DNA of 64,000 nucleotides from an uncultured Gammaproteobacteria bacterium (GCA_964533055.1 CAZHKZ010000003.1:2483-66482), one strand, 5' to 3'. Shown: positions 40,161 through 50,507, counted from the first letter of the stretch. A program made the numbers and translations. Notes: a model not told the origin generated them from the letters alone.

Positions 40161-41446
40161 ACAAAATTTTTCAAACCCTGATACAAGCTCTTCGAACCCC
40201 TGAAGTTCGCAAGAAGATTATTTATACTGCAATTGTTTTTCTTGTATTTCGCATCTTTTCCCACATCCCTGTAGCAGGTGTCCATACAGAAAATCTTCGC
40301 CAGCTCTTTAGTCAAAATCAATTTTTAGGGCTTCTAGATACATTTTCTGGAGGAACTCTCAAGAATTTTTCAATCGTAGCACTTGGTCTTAATCCCTATA
40401 TTAATGCTTCAATTATTTTGCAGGTACTTACCATGGTATTTCCAAAGCTAGAAGAGATGCAGAAAGAGGGGGAGCAAGGAAGAAAGAAGATCAATCAGTA
40501 CACAAGATTTCTCACTGTTCCACTTGCGGTGCTTCAAGCGATTGGCATGTATGCACTTTTGCGTAGTCAGGGAATTGTTTCAACCCTTTCTCCTCTTGAG
40601 TTGGTTACTTTTCTGCTGACTATGGTAGCTGGAACGATGTTTGCGGTCTGGCTTGGAGAGCTTATTACTGAGCGTGGAATTGGCAATGGTATTTCAGTAC
40701 TTATTTTTGCCGGTATTATTGGTGGAATCCCAGGTCTTCTTGGACAGACTGCAGTTGCAGGTGGTGGCGAGAATCTAATTGGAATTGGCGTCTTCTTAGC
40801 AATGTCACTTGCAGTGATCGTCTCAATTATTCTTGTAAATGAAGCAACTCGCCAGGTGACTGTTCATTATGCAAAGAGAATGAGGGGCAATAAGATGTAT
40901 GGTGGTCAATCGACCCATCTTCCTTTACGACTAAATCAAGCTGGTGTTATTCCAATCATCTTTGCTGTTTCATTAGTACTTCTCCCATCTCTACTAGCTA
41001 ACTTTTTTATGTCATCAAAAAATGCCATGCTCATAAACGTTGGTCAATTTCTTACCACATGGTTCCATCCAGACGGCTGGATTTATAATGCATTTTACTT
41101 CTTACTCGTAGTTGGATTTACATTCTTTTATACTGCTGTAGTATTTAATCCCCAAAAGATCTCGGATGACATGCAGCAGCGAGGGGGATTTGTTCCTGGG
41201 ATAAGACCTGGAACTCAGACTGCTACCTATCTTAATTATATTTTGACGAGACTTACGCTTGCAGGTGCAATCTTTTTAGGCTTTATTGCAATCCTCCCAT
41301 CAATTGCAAAAGGGTTAACCGGAATGCAAACGCTTGTTCTTGGAGGAACTAGTATTCTTATCGTTGTTAGCGTTGTTTTGGAGACGTATAAAGCAATTGA
41401 AGCTCAGATTGTCATGAGAAACTACGACGGGTTACTAAAGAAATAG
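40157..41446 (+). CDS. secY: preprotein translocase SecY
   Basis: 429 aa, 10 TM, SecY motifs ([13 protein letters not shown]...). Confidence 0.95.
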   Translation: MNKIFQTLIQALRTPEVRKKIIYTAIVFLVFRIFSHIPVAGVHTENLRQLFSQNQFLGLLDTFSGGTLKNFSIVALGLNPYINASIILQVLTMVFPKLEEMQKEGEQGRKKINQYTRFLTVPLAVLQAIGMYALLRSQGIVSTLSPLELVTFLLTMVAGTMFAVWLGELITERGIGNGISVLIFAGIIGGIPGLLGQTAVAGGGENLIGIGVFLAMSLAVIVSIILVNEATRQVTVHYAKRMRGNKMYGGQSTHLPLRLNQAGVIPIIFAVSLVLLPSLLANFFMSSKNAMLINVGQFLTTWFHPDGWIYNAFYFLLVVGFTFFYTAVVFNPQKISDDMQQRGGFVPGIRPGTQTATYLNYILTRLTLAGAIFLGFIAILPSIAKGLTGMQTLVLGGTSILIVVSVVLETYKAIEAQIVMRNYDGLLKK

Positions 41447-41462
41447 AAAGTGGCACTTATAT

Positions 41463-42026
41463 ATGAAAATAATTCTCATCGGAATTCAGGGAGCAGGTAA
41501 ATCTACTCAAGGCAAACTCCTTGCAGAAAAGCTTAACATTCTCTACCTCTCAACCGGACATATCTTCAGAGATCTTGCTCGAGAGCACACCCCACTGGGT
41601 CGTTATGTTAAAGAAACAATTAACGCTGGATATCTTATCTCAGATGAGAAAACACTAAAGATTGTTAGCGAATATCTTCATAGACCTGAGTATGAAAAAG
41701 GATATATTTTGGATGGATTTCCACGCACTAGTCATCAAGCAGAGGCGTTTGAGAATGGTGTTGATCATGTTTTTTACCTAAAGGTCTCCGATAAGGAAGC
41801 TCTTTGGAGACTTTCATATCGAGAAGGAGATGAAGCAGATGGGCGTGAAGATGAAACGCTCATGGCCTTGAGGAAAAGAATTGAGCTTTTCCACAAGGTA
41901 ACTGAGCCAGTGCTTGATCACTACAAACATCATCATAAATTGACTGAGATTGATGGGGAGCAGAAAGTAGAAGCTATTCATCATCAGATCATGGAGCATA
42001 TCAATAAAGATCACTCGCATTCATGA
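41463..42026 (+). CDS. adk: adenylate kinase
   Basis: P-loop GIQGAGKSTQ, NMP-binding and lid regions. Confidence 0.9.
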   Translation: MKIILIGIQGAGKSTQGKLLAEKLNILYLSTGHIFRDLAREHTPLGRYVKETINAGYLISDEKTLKIVSEYLHRPEYEKGYILDGFPRTSHQAEAFENGVDHVFYLKVSDKEALWRLSYREGDEADGREDETLMALRKRIELFHKVTEPVLDHYKHHHKLTEIDGEQKVEAIHHQIMEHINKDHSHS

Positions 42027-42718
42027 AAGTCGGCTTTGTTATCGCAATAGATGGGCCCGTTGCCTCTGGAAAGGGAACGATTGCTCAGCTTCTCTCGAAA
42101 AAACTTGATGCAATTCAAATTGATACAGGGAGCATGTATCGAGCAGTCGCGCTTTCATGCAAAGAGCATGGTGTAGATTTGACTGATCGAAAAGCAGTTC
42201 TCAATCTTTTGCCAAGTATGGGGATCGAGATTTATGGTGATGAAGTAAATATGACTTCGAGAGTAAGTCTTGGAGGGAGGGATGTTTCTGAGCAAATTAG
42301 AAGACCTGAGATTGCTGATGCTTCGTCGATAACTTCTCATTATCCAGAGGTCAGAGCATATCTTGTTGCAAAACAAAAACAGCTTATCGCTGAATTGCTA
42401 TCACAGAATATAAGGGTTGTAATTGAGGGAAGAATCGTTGCAACAGAAGTTGTGCCAGATGCTGAATACAAGCTTTTTTTAACTGCAACTACTCAGGAGC
42501 GGGCAAAGAGAAGACTTGCGCAATATCAGCAAAAGGGTGTGGAGATTAGTCCGGAGAAGGTTTTAGAAGATACAATAAAAAGAGACGAGAGAGATGCTGA
42601 TAATCTCCCAATTAATCCAGAGTCTCTTGGGTATCACACAATAGATACAACGGATATTAATGAAGACCAAACATTAGATATAATTACTACAGAACTTCAA
42701 AAGAGGAAATTATTATGA
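42023..42718 (+). CDS. cmk: cytidylate kinase
   Basis: IAIDGPVASGKGTIAQLL...DTGSMYRAV. Confidence 0.85.
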   Translation: MKVGFVIAIDGPVASGKGTIAQLLSKKLDAIQIDTGSMYRAVALSCKEHGVDLTDRKAVLNLLPSMGIEIYGDEVNMTSRVSLGGRDVSEQIRRPEIADASSITSHYPEVRAYLVAKQKQLIAELLSQNIRVVIEGRIVATEVVPDAEYKLFLTATTQERAKRRLAQYQQKGVEISPEKVLEDTIKRDERDADNLPINPESLGYHTIDTTDINEDQTLDIITTELQKRKLL

Positions 42719-43476
42719 TAGATATCAAAGATAGAAAAGAAATTGAGAGCATGAAGAAGGGCGGACATATGCTTGCAGTCGCTCTTGAGAAATCACTTGC
42801 TGCGGCAAAGCCTGGTGTGACCGAGGCAGAGCTCGATAAGGTGGCTGAAAAATCAATGCGAGAGCAGGGTGGTGAGCCTGGATTCATGAAAGTCCCAGGA
42901 TATAAGCACAGTATTTGCACTGCTACAAATGAGATCATAGTTCATGGTATTCCTGGGCCATATATACTTCGTGATGGAGATGTTCTTTGCGTTGATGCTG
43001 GAGTTTATCTTGATGGCCTTCACACAGACATGGCTGATACAATCATTGTTGGAAATGACTCTCTCGTCCCTCAGGAAGTAAAAGACTTCCTCGCAACAGG
43101 TAAGCATGCATTAGATGAAGGTATAAAGGCAGCAGTTGGTGGCAATAGGGTTGGACATATCTCAAAAACTATCCAAGATATAGTCGAGGGTAAAGGCTAT
43201 TCGGTTGTGAGAAGTCTCGTTGGGCATGGAGTCGGAAAAGAGCTGCATGAGCCACCAGAGGTGCCAGGATTTTTGGATAGGCCAATTGCTAAAACCCCCG
43301 AGCTCGTGCCTGGGATGACGATTGCAGTCGAGGTTATATATGCCATGGGAGGGCCTGATGTTGTTTATGCAAATGATGATGGATGGACAATTAAGACTGC
43401 TGATGACAGCATTTCGGCTGTCTTTGAGCGTTCAATTTTGATAACTGATACTGCTCCTATTATCCTAACCCGATAG
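42715..43476 (+). CDS. map: methionine aminopeptidase type I
   Basis: Pita-bread metal ligands (D, D, H, E, E). Confidence 0.9.
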   Translation: MIDIKDRKEIESMKKGGHMLAVALEKSLAAAKPGVTEAELDKVAEKSMREQGGEPGFMKVPGYKHSICTATNEIIVHGIPGPYILRDGDVLCVDAGVYLDGLHTDMADTIIVGNDSLVPQEVKDFLATGKHALDEGIKAAVGGNRVGHISKTIQDIVEGKGYSVVRSLVGHGVGKELHEPPEVPGFLDRPIAKTPELVPGMTIAVEVIYAMGGPDVVYANDDGWTIKTADDSISAVFERSILITDTAPIILTR

Positions 43477-43478
43477 TG

Positions 43479-43513
43479 TTGCTCTTTTGAGGCTGCTTTG
43501 CTATAATATTAGA
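43479..43513 (+). promoter_or_regulatory. putative internal promoter upstream of infA (TTGCTC-17-TATAAT)
   Basis: tgTTGCTCttttgaggctgctttgcTATAAT, followed by the hairpin TCAAATCgacaaGATTTGA. Confidence 0.35.
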
Positions 43514-43543
43514 ACTCAAATCGACAAGATTTGAATTTATTTT

Positions 43544-43762
43544 ATGGTACACCAAGGGTCGGTTGAAAAAGAGGGAATTGTTAGAGAAGCGTTGCCCAAT
43601 ACATTGTTTAGAGTTGAACTTGAGGATGGGTCAATTGTCCTTTGCCATCTAGCTGGCAAAATGAGAATTCACTTCATTAAAATTTTACCAGGTGATAAGG
43701 TAAGGATCGAAATGACACCTTATGATACTGGCAAAGGTCGAATTACGTATAGAGTTCGCTAG
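43544..43762 (+). CDS. infA: translation initiation factor IF-1
   Basis: [13 protein letters not shown]...GKMR...ILPGDKV...[10 protein letters not shown]. Confidence 0.93.
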   Translation: MVHQGSVEKEGIVREALPNTLFRVELEDGSIVLCHLAGKMRIHFIKILPGDKVRIEMTPYDTGKGRITYRVR

Positions 43763-43769
43763 GAGAAAT

Positions 43770-43883
43770 ATGAAAGTACAAGCAAGTGTTAAAAAAAGAT
43801 GTGATAAATGTAAAGTGATTAAGCGCAAGGGTGTGCTATTTATTATTTGTCAGACACCAAGACATAAACAGCGTCAAGGATAA
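43770..43883 (+). CDS. rpmJ: 50S ribosomal protein L36 (absent from ORF track, under 60 aa)
   Basis: Manual translation gives [37 protein letters not shown], 37 aa, the classic L36 zinc-ribbon. Confidence 0.9.
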   Translation: MKVQASVKKRCDKCKVIKRKGVLFIICQTPRHKQRQG

Positions 43884-43886
43884 TTT

Positions 43887-44282
43887 ATGCGTATTGCAGG
43901 AATAACTATACCAGTAGAAAAAAGAGTTGATATTGCCCTAACATATCTCTATGGCATTGGCCGTAGTAATGTCGGTGCAATTTTGAAGCAAGCAGAAATT
44001 GATCCAGCCATGAGAGTTAAGGATCTTTCGGAGGATGATCAGAAGAGAATTACTAGAGCTCTAGATGGCATTAAGGTAGAAGGAGATTTGCGGGCAGAAG
44101 TTAGTTTGGATATTAAGCGACTCAAGGAGTCTGGTAGTTATAGAGGTGGTCGTCATACAAAAGGACTTCCTTCACGTGGGCAAAGAACAAAATCAAATGG
44201 TCGTACCAAGAGGGGCAAGAGAATGACAATTGGCGCAATCAAGAAAGAATTAGCAGCAAAAACTGATGCAGCTAAGAAATAA
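43887..44282 (+). CDS. rpsM: 30S ribosomal protein S13
   Basis: MRIAGITIP...YGIGRS. Confidence 0.93.
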   Translation: MRIAGITIPVEKRVDIALTYLYGIGRSNVGAILKQAEIDPAMRVKDLSEDDQKRITRALDGIKVEGDLRAEVSLDIKRLKESGSYRGGRHTKGLPSRGQRTKSNGRTKRGKRMTIGAIKKELAAKTDAAKK

Positions 44283-44285
44283 AAT

Positions 44286-44684
44286 ATGGCAGCTAAAAAA
44301 GTTACAAAAAATATAAAGAAGAAATCAAACTTGGTCATGACTGATCATGGAAGAGTGTATGTTACGGCTACATTTAATAATACTCTTGTAAGTATCACGA
44401 ACGATAAGGGTGATGCAATCTCATGGAGTTCATCTGGAAATTCAGGATTTAAGGGCACACGAAAATCAACACCATATGCAGCATCGATGGCTGTCGAGAG
44501 TGCTGCTAGAAAAGCTCAAGAAAAAGGTCTTAAGTCTGTTGATATTTTTGTAAAGGGCCCAGGGTCTGGTAGAGACTCTTCACTTAGAGCTATTAAGACT
44601 GTTGGACTTTCAATCTCATCTATTACAGACATTACGCCAATTCCACATAATGGACCAAGAGCAAAGAAAAAGAGGAGAATTTAA
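44286..44684 (+). CDS. rpsK: 30S ribosomal protein S11
   Basis: [24 protein letters not shown]. Confidence 0.93.
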   Translation: MAAKKVTKNIKKKSNLVMTDHGRVYVTATFNNTLVSITNDKGDAISWSSSGNSGFKGTRKSTPYAASMAVESAARKAQEKGLKSVDIFVKGPGSGRDSSLRAIKTVGLSISSITDITPIPHNGPRAKKKRRI

Positions 44685-44689
44685 AAGAT

Positions 44690-45295
44690 ATGGCACGATA
44701 TACAGGACCAAAACATAAATTAGCAAGACGAGAAGGTGTGAATCTCATGGATAAGTCGTCAGCATCTTTGGCAAGAAGACTTATGATCAAGCCAGGTGTT
44801 CATGGTGCAAAAAGATCAAGAAGAAGACTTTCAGAGTATGGAATACAGCTTCGTGAGAAGCAGAAGGCAAAGGCTATCTATGGAGTTCTCGAGAAGCAGT
44901 TCAAGAGACTTGTTACCCGTCTTGAGAATGAAAAAGGTGATACAAGCGAATTAATGCTTTCACTTCTTGAAACAAGACTTGATAGTCTGGTCTATAGGCT
45001 TGGTTTTGCAAAAACAAGATTCCAAGCAAGGCAGTTTGTTTCCCATGGTCATGTGCTCATCAATGGGAAGAAGGTTTCTATCCCTTCATATCAGGTTGCA
45101 GTTAGTGATAAGATTGAAATTGACGCAACAATTCAGAAGAATCCTGATGTTATGGCTATCCTTGCGGAGAAAGCAGAACTCCTCTCATTCATTGAAAGAG
45201 AAGGTACTGTTGGCAAGCTGATAAGAATGCCAAAAAAGGACGATATTACAGTTCCGTTCAATACACAACAGATTATTGAATATTATTCAAGATAA
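44690..45295 (+). CDS. rpsD: 30S ribosomal protein S4
   Basis: MARYTGPKHKLARREG. Confidence 0.93.
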   Translation: MARYTGPKHKLARREGVNLMDKSSASLARRLMIKPGVHGAKRSRRRLSEYGIQLREKQKAKAIYGVLEKQFKRLVTRLENEKGDTSELMLSLLETRLDSLVYRLGFAKTRFQARQFVSHGHVLINGKKVSIPSYQVAVSDKIEIDATIQKNPDVMAILAEKAELLSFIEREGTVGKLIRMPKKDDITVPFNTQQIIEYYSR

Positions 45296-45326
45296 TGATA
45301 CAATACATTGTCTGGAACTAATTACT

Positions 45327-46256
45327 ATGGACGAATTACAATTTACAATTAAAGAAATAACAAATGCAGAAGGATATGGAGAGTTCGTTCTCGAACCACT
45401 TCAGCCTGGTTTTGGTCACACAATCGGAAATGCACTTCGTCGTGTTCTCTACAGTTCTATTCCTGGTGCTGCTATTACAACCGTTAAGATCGCTGGCGTT
45501 AAGCATAAGTTCTCAACAGTAGAAGGACTTAAGGAAAATGTTATCGACTTCCTCCTTAATCTTAAAGAATTAAATCTCCGCCTTCCTGAAGGTCAAGACA
45601 CTGCTATCATGAAAATGTCTGTTAAAGGACCTAAAGATATCGTTGCTGGAGATTTCTCTGAGACAAATGGAGTTGAGATCATCAACAAAGACCAGTACCT
45701 TGGAGCACTCGCATCAAAAACAGGTAAATTTGAGATGGAAGTTACTGTAGAGAGAGGACTTGGATATTCTTTGTCTGAAGATAGAGAATCAAGCTCTGTT
45801 GGTCTTATGAGAACAGATGCTATTTTCTCACCAATCAGAAGAGTCAACTTCTCAGTTGAAGCAACCCGAGTTGGTCGTCAGACAAATCTTGACAAGTTAA
45901 CCATGAAAATCTGGACTAATGGAACAGTCGATCCGAGAGAAGCTATGGAAAGAGCTGCAAAGCTCCTTACAAAGTCTTTCCTTCAGATCTATGAACCAAC
46001 TTCAGCCTCCAGTGAATCAGTTGAAGAAGTAGTGGCTGACAGCTCAATCCCTTCAGGTCTTAATAGAATGACAGTTGATGAGCTCGATCTTCCAACTAGA
46101 ATTTATAATAGTCTTAGAAATGGTGGCATTGAGACTGTTGAACAACTTCTCCAGGCTCCAAGAAAAGACCTTATTTCAATGAGAAACATGGGCGGTAAAT
46201 CTATTTCAGTTATTGAAGAGAAGTTAAAAGACAAAGGGATTTCATTTCCTGCCTAA
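45327..46256 (+). CDS. rpoA: DNA-directed RNA polymerase subunit alpha
   Basis: EPLQPGFGHTIGNALRRVLYSSIPGAA. Start set to MDELQF at 45327. Confidence 0.92.
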   Translation: MDELQFTIKEITNAEGYGEFVLEPLQPGFGHTIGNALRRVLYSSIPGAAITTVKIAGVKHKFSTVEGLKENVIDFLLNLKELNLRLPEGQDTAIMKMSVKGPKDIVAGDFSETNGVEIINKDQYLGALASKTGKFEMEVTVERGLGYSLSEDRESSSVGLMRTDAIFSPIRRVNFSVEATRVGRQTNLDKLTMKIWTNGTVDPREAMERAAKLLTKSFLQIYEPTSASSESVEEVVADSSIPSGLNRMTVDELDLPTRIYNSLRNGGIETVEQLLQAPRKDLISMRNMGGKSISVIEEKLKDKGISFPA

Positions 46257-46266
46257 GTTAGGATAG

Positions 46267-46348
46267 TAAGATATTAGGATACGAAAGATAGTAAGGGGCC
46301 AAACGTGTCGCTTAGTATCAGATAATATAGACATCCTAATATCTTTTT
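46267..46348 (+). promoter_or_regulatory. long-range 13-bp inverted repeat plus U-run between rpoA and rplQ
   Basis: AAGATATTAGGAT (46267-46279) pairs with ATCCTAATATCTT (46332-46344), enclosing 52 nt and followed by TTTTT. Ends 5 nt before the rplQ ATG. Confidence 0.4.
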
Positions 46349-46352
46349 TATT

Positions 46353-46859
46353 ATGAGAAAACAAGTATTCGGTAGACATTTCAAAAGAGACACAAATGAA
46401 AGAAAGGCTATGTTCAAGAGCCTTGCTTCTGCTCTTGTCATGCATGAGAGAATTGAGACTACTGAAGAAAAAGCAAAGGCAATTAGGGGGTCTGTAGAGA
46501 AAATGGTTACAAAGGCTAAGAAAAGAGACAATGTCATGGCAGTTCGTCTTTTGTCTCCAGAGCTTACTTCACCTGCTGTTAAGAAGATGATCGCAAGTAT
46601 TGCTCCAAGATTTTCAACAAGAGATGGTGGATACACAAGGATTATCAAAAAAGGTAATCGCTTTAACGACAATGCGTCGATGGTTCTTCTTGAATGGGTA
46701 GAAAAAGCTTCAGCAGTTGCAGTCGATATTATTGCTCCAGCCGCATCAGTAAAAAAGTCTGTTAAAGCAAATGCTGCTTCAGAAGCAGTAGTAGTGAAGA
46801 AAGCAGTAGCTAAAAAGCCCGTAGCAAAGAAAGCTCCAGCTAAGGAGAAAAAAGCATAA
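46353..46859 (+). CDS. rplQ: 50S ribosomal protein L17 with Ala/Lys-rich C-terminal extension
   Basis: L17 core MRKQVFGRHFKRDTNERKAMFKSLASALVMHERIETT, plus a ~55 aa A/K/V-rich tail. Confidence 0.9.
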   Translation: MRKQVFGRHFKRDTNERKAMFKSLASALVMHERIETTEEKAKAIRGSVEKMVTKAKKRDNVMAVRLLSPELTSPAVKKMIASIAPRFSTRDGGYTRIIKKGNRFNDNASMVLLEWVEKASAVAVDIIAPAASVKKSVKANAASEAVVVKKAVAKKPVAKKAPAKEKKA

Positions 46860-47278
46860 TGAATCAGACAAAATCAACAAAGCAGGAATCAATCAAAAGA
46901 GAATGGCATCTTATTGACGTAAAAGATAAGACGCTAGGTAGAATCTCTGTAGAAATTGCTCACGAGCTTATGGGAAAGAGTAAGCCAAATTTCGTTCGCA
47001 ATCTTGATTGTGGCGACAATGTTGTTATCATCAATGCAAAGGACATTAAGGTTACGGGAAAGAAGGAAGAGCAAAAGCTTTATCAGCGTCATTCTGGTTA
47101 TCCAGGAGGCTTTAAAGAGGAGACATTAAAAGATCTTAGAGTTAGACGACCTGAGGAGATCGTAAGACGCGCAGTTAAGGGTATGTTGCCGCAAAATAAG
47201 CTTCGTGATAAAATGCTCAGACGTCTTTTTGTTTTCCCAACTGAAACTCACACACACCAAGATAGATTCAAAGCATAA
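46859..47278 (+). CDS. rplM: 50S ribosomal protein L13
   Basis: WHLIDVKDKTLGR... Confidence 0.9.
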   Translation: MNQTKSTKQESIKREWHLIDVKDKTLGRISVEIAHELMGKSKPNFVRNLDCGDNVVIINAKDIKVTGKKEEQKLYQRHSGYPGGFKEETLKDLRVRRPEEIVRRAVKGMLPQNKLRDKMLRRLFVFPTETHTHQDRFKA

Positions 47279-47283
47279 AAATT

Positions 47284-47775
47284 ATGGCAGCTAAAACGAC
47301 AGAACCAGTTTCAACATCAGCAATCAGCAAGAAAACTCTTAAGAGAGACTATTCTTTTGCTGTAGGTCGAAGAAGAGAAGCAGTTGCTCGAGTAAGGCTT
47401 TACGAGACAGTTAAAGATGACCTTGCATGGAAAGAGTTGAAGGTAAAAAAAGGCGATATTCTTGTAAATGGCATGCTTATTGCAGAATATTTTCCTGGCG
47501 ATATTAGTAGATTTAGATACACAGAACCACTTCGTGTTGCAAACGCTCAGAATAAGTATACATTCACAATTTCAGTAGCTGGTGGAGGGCCATCAGGTCA
47601 GTTGGACGCAGTTGTAGCTGGAATCGCTAATGTTCTAGCAAAGACTGATAAGGAGGAGTTCCGTGCAGTTCTTAAAGCTAAAGGATTTTTATCTAGAGAT
47701 TCGCGTGTTCGTGAACGACGCAAGGTCGGTACTGGTGGAAAAGCAAGAAGAAAGAAGCAATCCCCTAAGAGATAA
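47284..47775 (+). CDS. rpsI: 30S ribosomal protein S9 (N-terminal extension)
   Basis: C-terminal GGKARRKKQSPKR, S9 core. Confidence 0.9.
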   Translation: MAAKTTEPVSTSAISKKTLKRDYSFAVGRRREAVARVRLYETVKDDLAWKELKVKKGDILVNGMLIAEYFPGDISRFRYTEPLRVANAQNKYTFTISVAGGGPSGQLDAVVAGIANVLAKTDKEEFRAVLKAKGFLSRDSRVRERRKVGTGGKARRKKQSPKR

Positions 47776-47857
47776 GAAGCAACCCCCCCCCTGCTAGCTT
47801 GCAGTTTGTCATCGGCTACATTTTTCCAAAAGAACATACTTTAAAGTTTTCGAGCAA

Positions 47858-48427
47858 TTATTGTTCAAAGAGGACGAGTTCTTTTGCGGTATGATACCCC
47901 CACATAACTGCAGCAGGTAGAAGATTATGAAATTTCTCAACGTTGAACTCTCTATTTTTAAGAAGAAAATGCTTCATGTAGACATCTGACTTTAGCTCGT
48001 CTACGACAATTTGCATAATTTCACTTGCGGGCGCAACAACGGTAACCCCATTCGTTAAAGTCTTTCCAACACTATTTCTTACTTCTCTCAAGATATTTGG
48101 ATCAGTTTGAACAACATAGGGGTAATATCCATGAGTAATGCGCTGTTCTTTTAGATAGATGTGCACCCCGCATGTCATAGCAAGATAGAAAAGATCAAAG
48201 AGCCTAGATCTTTTAGCACTCTTACGATTAGGGATTGGCATGTAGAGAATTTGGGTAAAAGTTATTGCAGCCAGCGAGACTGGTGCTAGTAATTCTTCTG
48301 GAAGATAAAATTTAGATTTAGGACTATCGTTGGTATACTGATCCATCGAGGACACAATTTCTTCCCAAATCCTCAGTGAGTGAGGGTGCATTAAGCCAAC
48401 ATCCTCTTTGTCGGGCAGACTTTTCAT
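47858..48427 (-). CDS. hypothetical protein
   Basis: 189 aa soluble, no motif I recognise. Convergent with rpsI. Confidence 0.45.
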   Translation of the reverse strand: MKSLPDKEDVGLMHPHSLRIWEEIVSSMDQYTNDSPKSKFYLPEELLAPVSLAAITFTQILYMPIPNRKSAKRSRLFDLFYLAMTCGVHIYLKEQRITHGYYPYVVQTDPNILREVRNSVGKTLTNGVTVVAPASEIMQIVVDELKSDVYMKHFLLKNREFNVEKFHNLLPAAVMWGYHTAKELVLFEQ

Positions 48428-48474
48428 AGGCTATGAATGTAGCATATATGGAAAAGTAATTTGATTGCAAGGGG

Positions 48475-49482
48475 GTGTATACTATATCCATGCGATTTAT
48501 TCCAAGAAATCTATTTATTCAAAATTTTGATGGAGATATGCTTCGCGAGATCTTTCTTATCTCATCAATTACTACAATATTCTTCATAAGATTCTTTTTG
48601 AGTATCACTGATTACCCACAGCTAAGTGGCGCTGGTCTACATTTTGCCCATTTATTATGGGGAGGGTTTTTTATGGCAGCTGCATTATTTCTTGTCTTTT
48701 CATTCCTGGGAAAAAGAGTAATTGCTGTAGCAAGCATCCTTGGAGGAATTGGGTTTGGTGCTTTTATTGATGAATTGGGTAAATTTATTACGAGTGATAA
48801 TAATTATTTCTATCAACCAACTTTTGCAATTATCTATGTTATTTTTGTTTTGATTTATATCCTCTCGCGATTAATAGGTAAGAGAAAGCCACGAAGTGCT
48901 GAATATACGATCAATGCGATAGAGCTTACTAAAGACGTTGTAATTAATGATCTTGATGAAGAAGAAAAGAAGCGAGTTCTTGAGTATCTCTCAAAAAGCG
49001 ATGGGAAAGACCCGCTTGTAATTGCACTTAAATCATTAATACGAACATTGGACTCTGTTCCAGTTCCAAAGAAATCCCTACTTGTTCATGCACGAGACTA
49101 TATAAAGTCGCTATATCTGAGTGGATCAAGATCAGCGATTTTACATAGGTTTTTCATCGTCTTGATTGGGCTTCAGCTTGTTTTGACGTTGGGTGTCATG
49201 GTAATTTTTAGAGACAATGCAGATCAGCTTTCTTTTACAGAAAGTGGAAAAATCTTCTCATCTGGAGTTGCACTTACCCTCGTTATTTTAGGAATAGTGA
49301 GTAGTTCTCGTTCAAAAATCTTGGCATACAGATTTTTTAAAGGCTCAATATTAGTTATGCTTTTAGTGACTCAACTGTTTACTTTCTACGAGAATCCACT
49401 TTCTGCAGTGCTCGCAATTCTTTATAATATGCTGCTACTTCAAATGGTTGACTATGTGATCAGTAATCAGGAAAAGGTATAA
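48475..49482 (+). CDS. hypothetical polytopic membrane protein
   Basis: 335 aa, around 8 predicted TM helices with a central soluble loop. Confidence 0.5.
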   Translation: MYTISMRFIPRNLFIQNFDGDMLREIFLISSITTIFFIRFFLSITDYPQLSGAGLHFAHLLWGGFFMAAALFLVFSFLGKRVIAVASILGGIGFGAFIDELGKFITSDNNYFYQPTFAIIYVIFVLIYILSRLIGKRKPRSAEYTINAIELTKDVVINDLDEEEKKRVLEYLSKSDGKDPLVIALKSLIRTLDSVPVPKKSLLVHARDYIKSLYLSGSRSAILHRFFIVLIGLQLVLTLGVMVIFRDNADQLSFTESGKIFSSGVALTLVILGIVSSSRSKILAYRFFKGSILVMLLVTQLFTFYENPLSAVLAILYNMLLLQMVDYVISNQEKV

Positions 49483-49520
49483 ATCCTCATATTTGTGCTC
49501 AAATGTAGTATAATTCTAGT

Positions 49521-50504
49521 ATGTTAATAGATCATATTGTTCTAACAGTTTCAGCTGGTAATGGTGGTAAAGGCTCTGTATCTTTTCGTAGTAATGAGGG
49601 TAAAGCAAACGGGGGGCCAGATGGTGGTAATGGTGGTAATGGTGGGAGTGTTTATTTTATTGGAACAAGCGATCTGACTGCTCTTTCTCAGTTCCAGCAT
49701 AAGAAAAATATAAAAGCAGATGACGGTGTTCCTGGAAAGAGAAAAAATCTTTTCGGTAAAAATGCTCAAGATCTTTATGTAAAAATTCCTTTTGGAACAG
49801 AAATATTTTTAGAAGATGGGACATCAATTGGCGAGATCGTTGATGAGTCTTCAGTCATTTTGATTGGCAAGGGTGGGAAAGGGGGGAGAGGTAATAACGA
49901 ATTTAAGTCTGCGACAAATCAGACCCCGATGTTTGCTGAACCAGGCGAACCTGGTGAGGAAAAAGTCTTAAGACTTGAGATGAAGATTACGGCACAGATT
50001 GGACTTGTTGGACTTCCGAATGCTGGAAAGAGTACTATGCTATCGCTTCTTACAAATGCAAAGCCTAAGATTGGTAATTACCCGTTCACTACACTTGAGC
50101 CAAATGTTGGAATGCTTGATGGGATGATGCTTGCAGACATCCCAGGCCTAATTGAAGGAGCAGGAACTGGAAAAGGACTTGGTGCGACATTTTTAAGACA
50201 CATAGAGAAGACAAGAATCTTATTACACTGTATAGATGTCACAAGCGAGAGACCGTATGAAGATTATGAAACCGTGAGAAAAGAGTTTGGAATTTATAAT
50301 TCTGAACTTCTAGAGAAGCCTGAGATTATTGTGCTAACCAAGATTGATTTACTCGATAACGCTCAAGTTGATGAGAAGCAAGCGCTTTTTACCCAAAAAG
50401 GTAAAGATGTTATAACCTTTAGTGCATATGATGATGAGAGCCTTGAACGTCTATCAAAAAAAGTAGTCTCTTCAATAAAATCTTCTCTTCAGAAAAGAAA
50501 TTAA
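49521..50504 (+). CDS. obg: GTPase Obg (no C-terminal TGS/OCT domain)
   Basis: Gly-rich Obg fold (GGNGGNGGSVYF), G1 GLVGLPNAGKST, G3 DIPGLIEGA, G4 TKID. Confidence 0.9.
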   Translation: MLIDHIVLTVSAGNGGKGSVSFRSNEGKANGGPDGGNGGNGGSVYFIGTSDLTALSQFQHKKNIKADDGVPGKRKNLFGKNAQDLYVKIPFGTEIFLEDGTSIGEIVDESSVILIGKGGKGGRGNNEFKSATNQTPMFAEPGEPGEEKVLRLEMKITAQIGLVGLPNAGKSTMLSLLTNAKPKIGNYPFTTLEPNVGMLDGMMLADIPGLIEGAGTGKGLGATFLRHIEKTRILLHCIDVTSERPYEDYETVRKEFGIYNSELLEKPEIIVLTKIDLLDNAQVDEKQALFTQKGKDVITFSAYDDESLERLSKKVVSSIKSSLQKRN

Positions 50505-50507
50505 ACT

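Noticed and set aside
47784-47791. C8 homopolymer tract.
   Set aside because: It is intergenic, between convergent rpsI and a hypothetical gene, so it is not positioned to act as a phase-variation switch in a coding or promoter region.
49590-49660. Repetitive GGTAATGGTGGT nucleotide repeats.
   Set aside because: They encode the glycine-rich Obg fold (GGNGGNGG) and are not a CRISPR or tandem-repeat locus.
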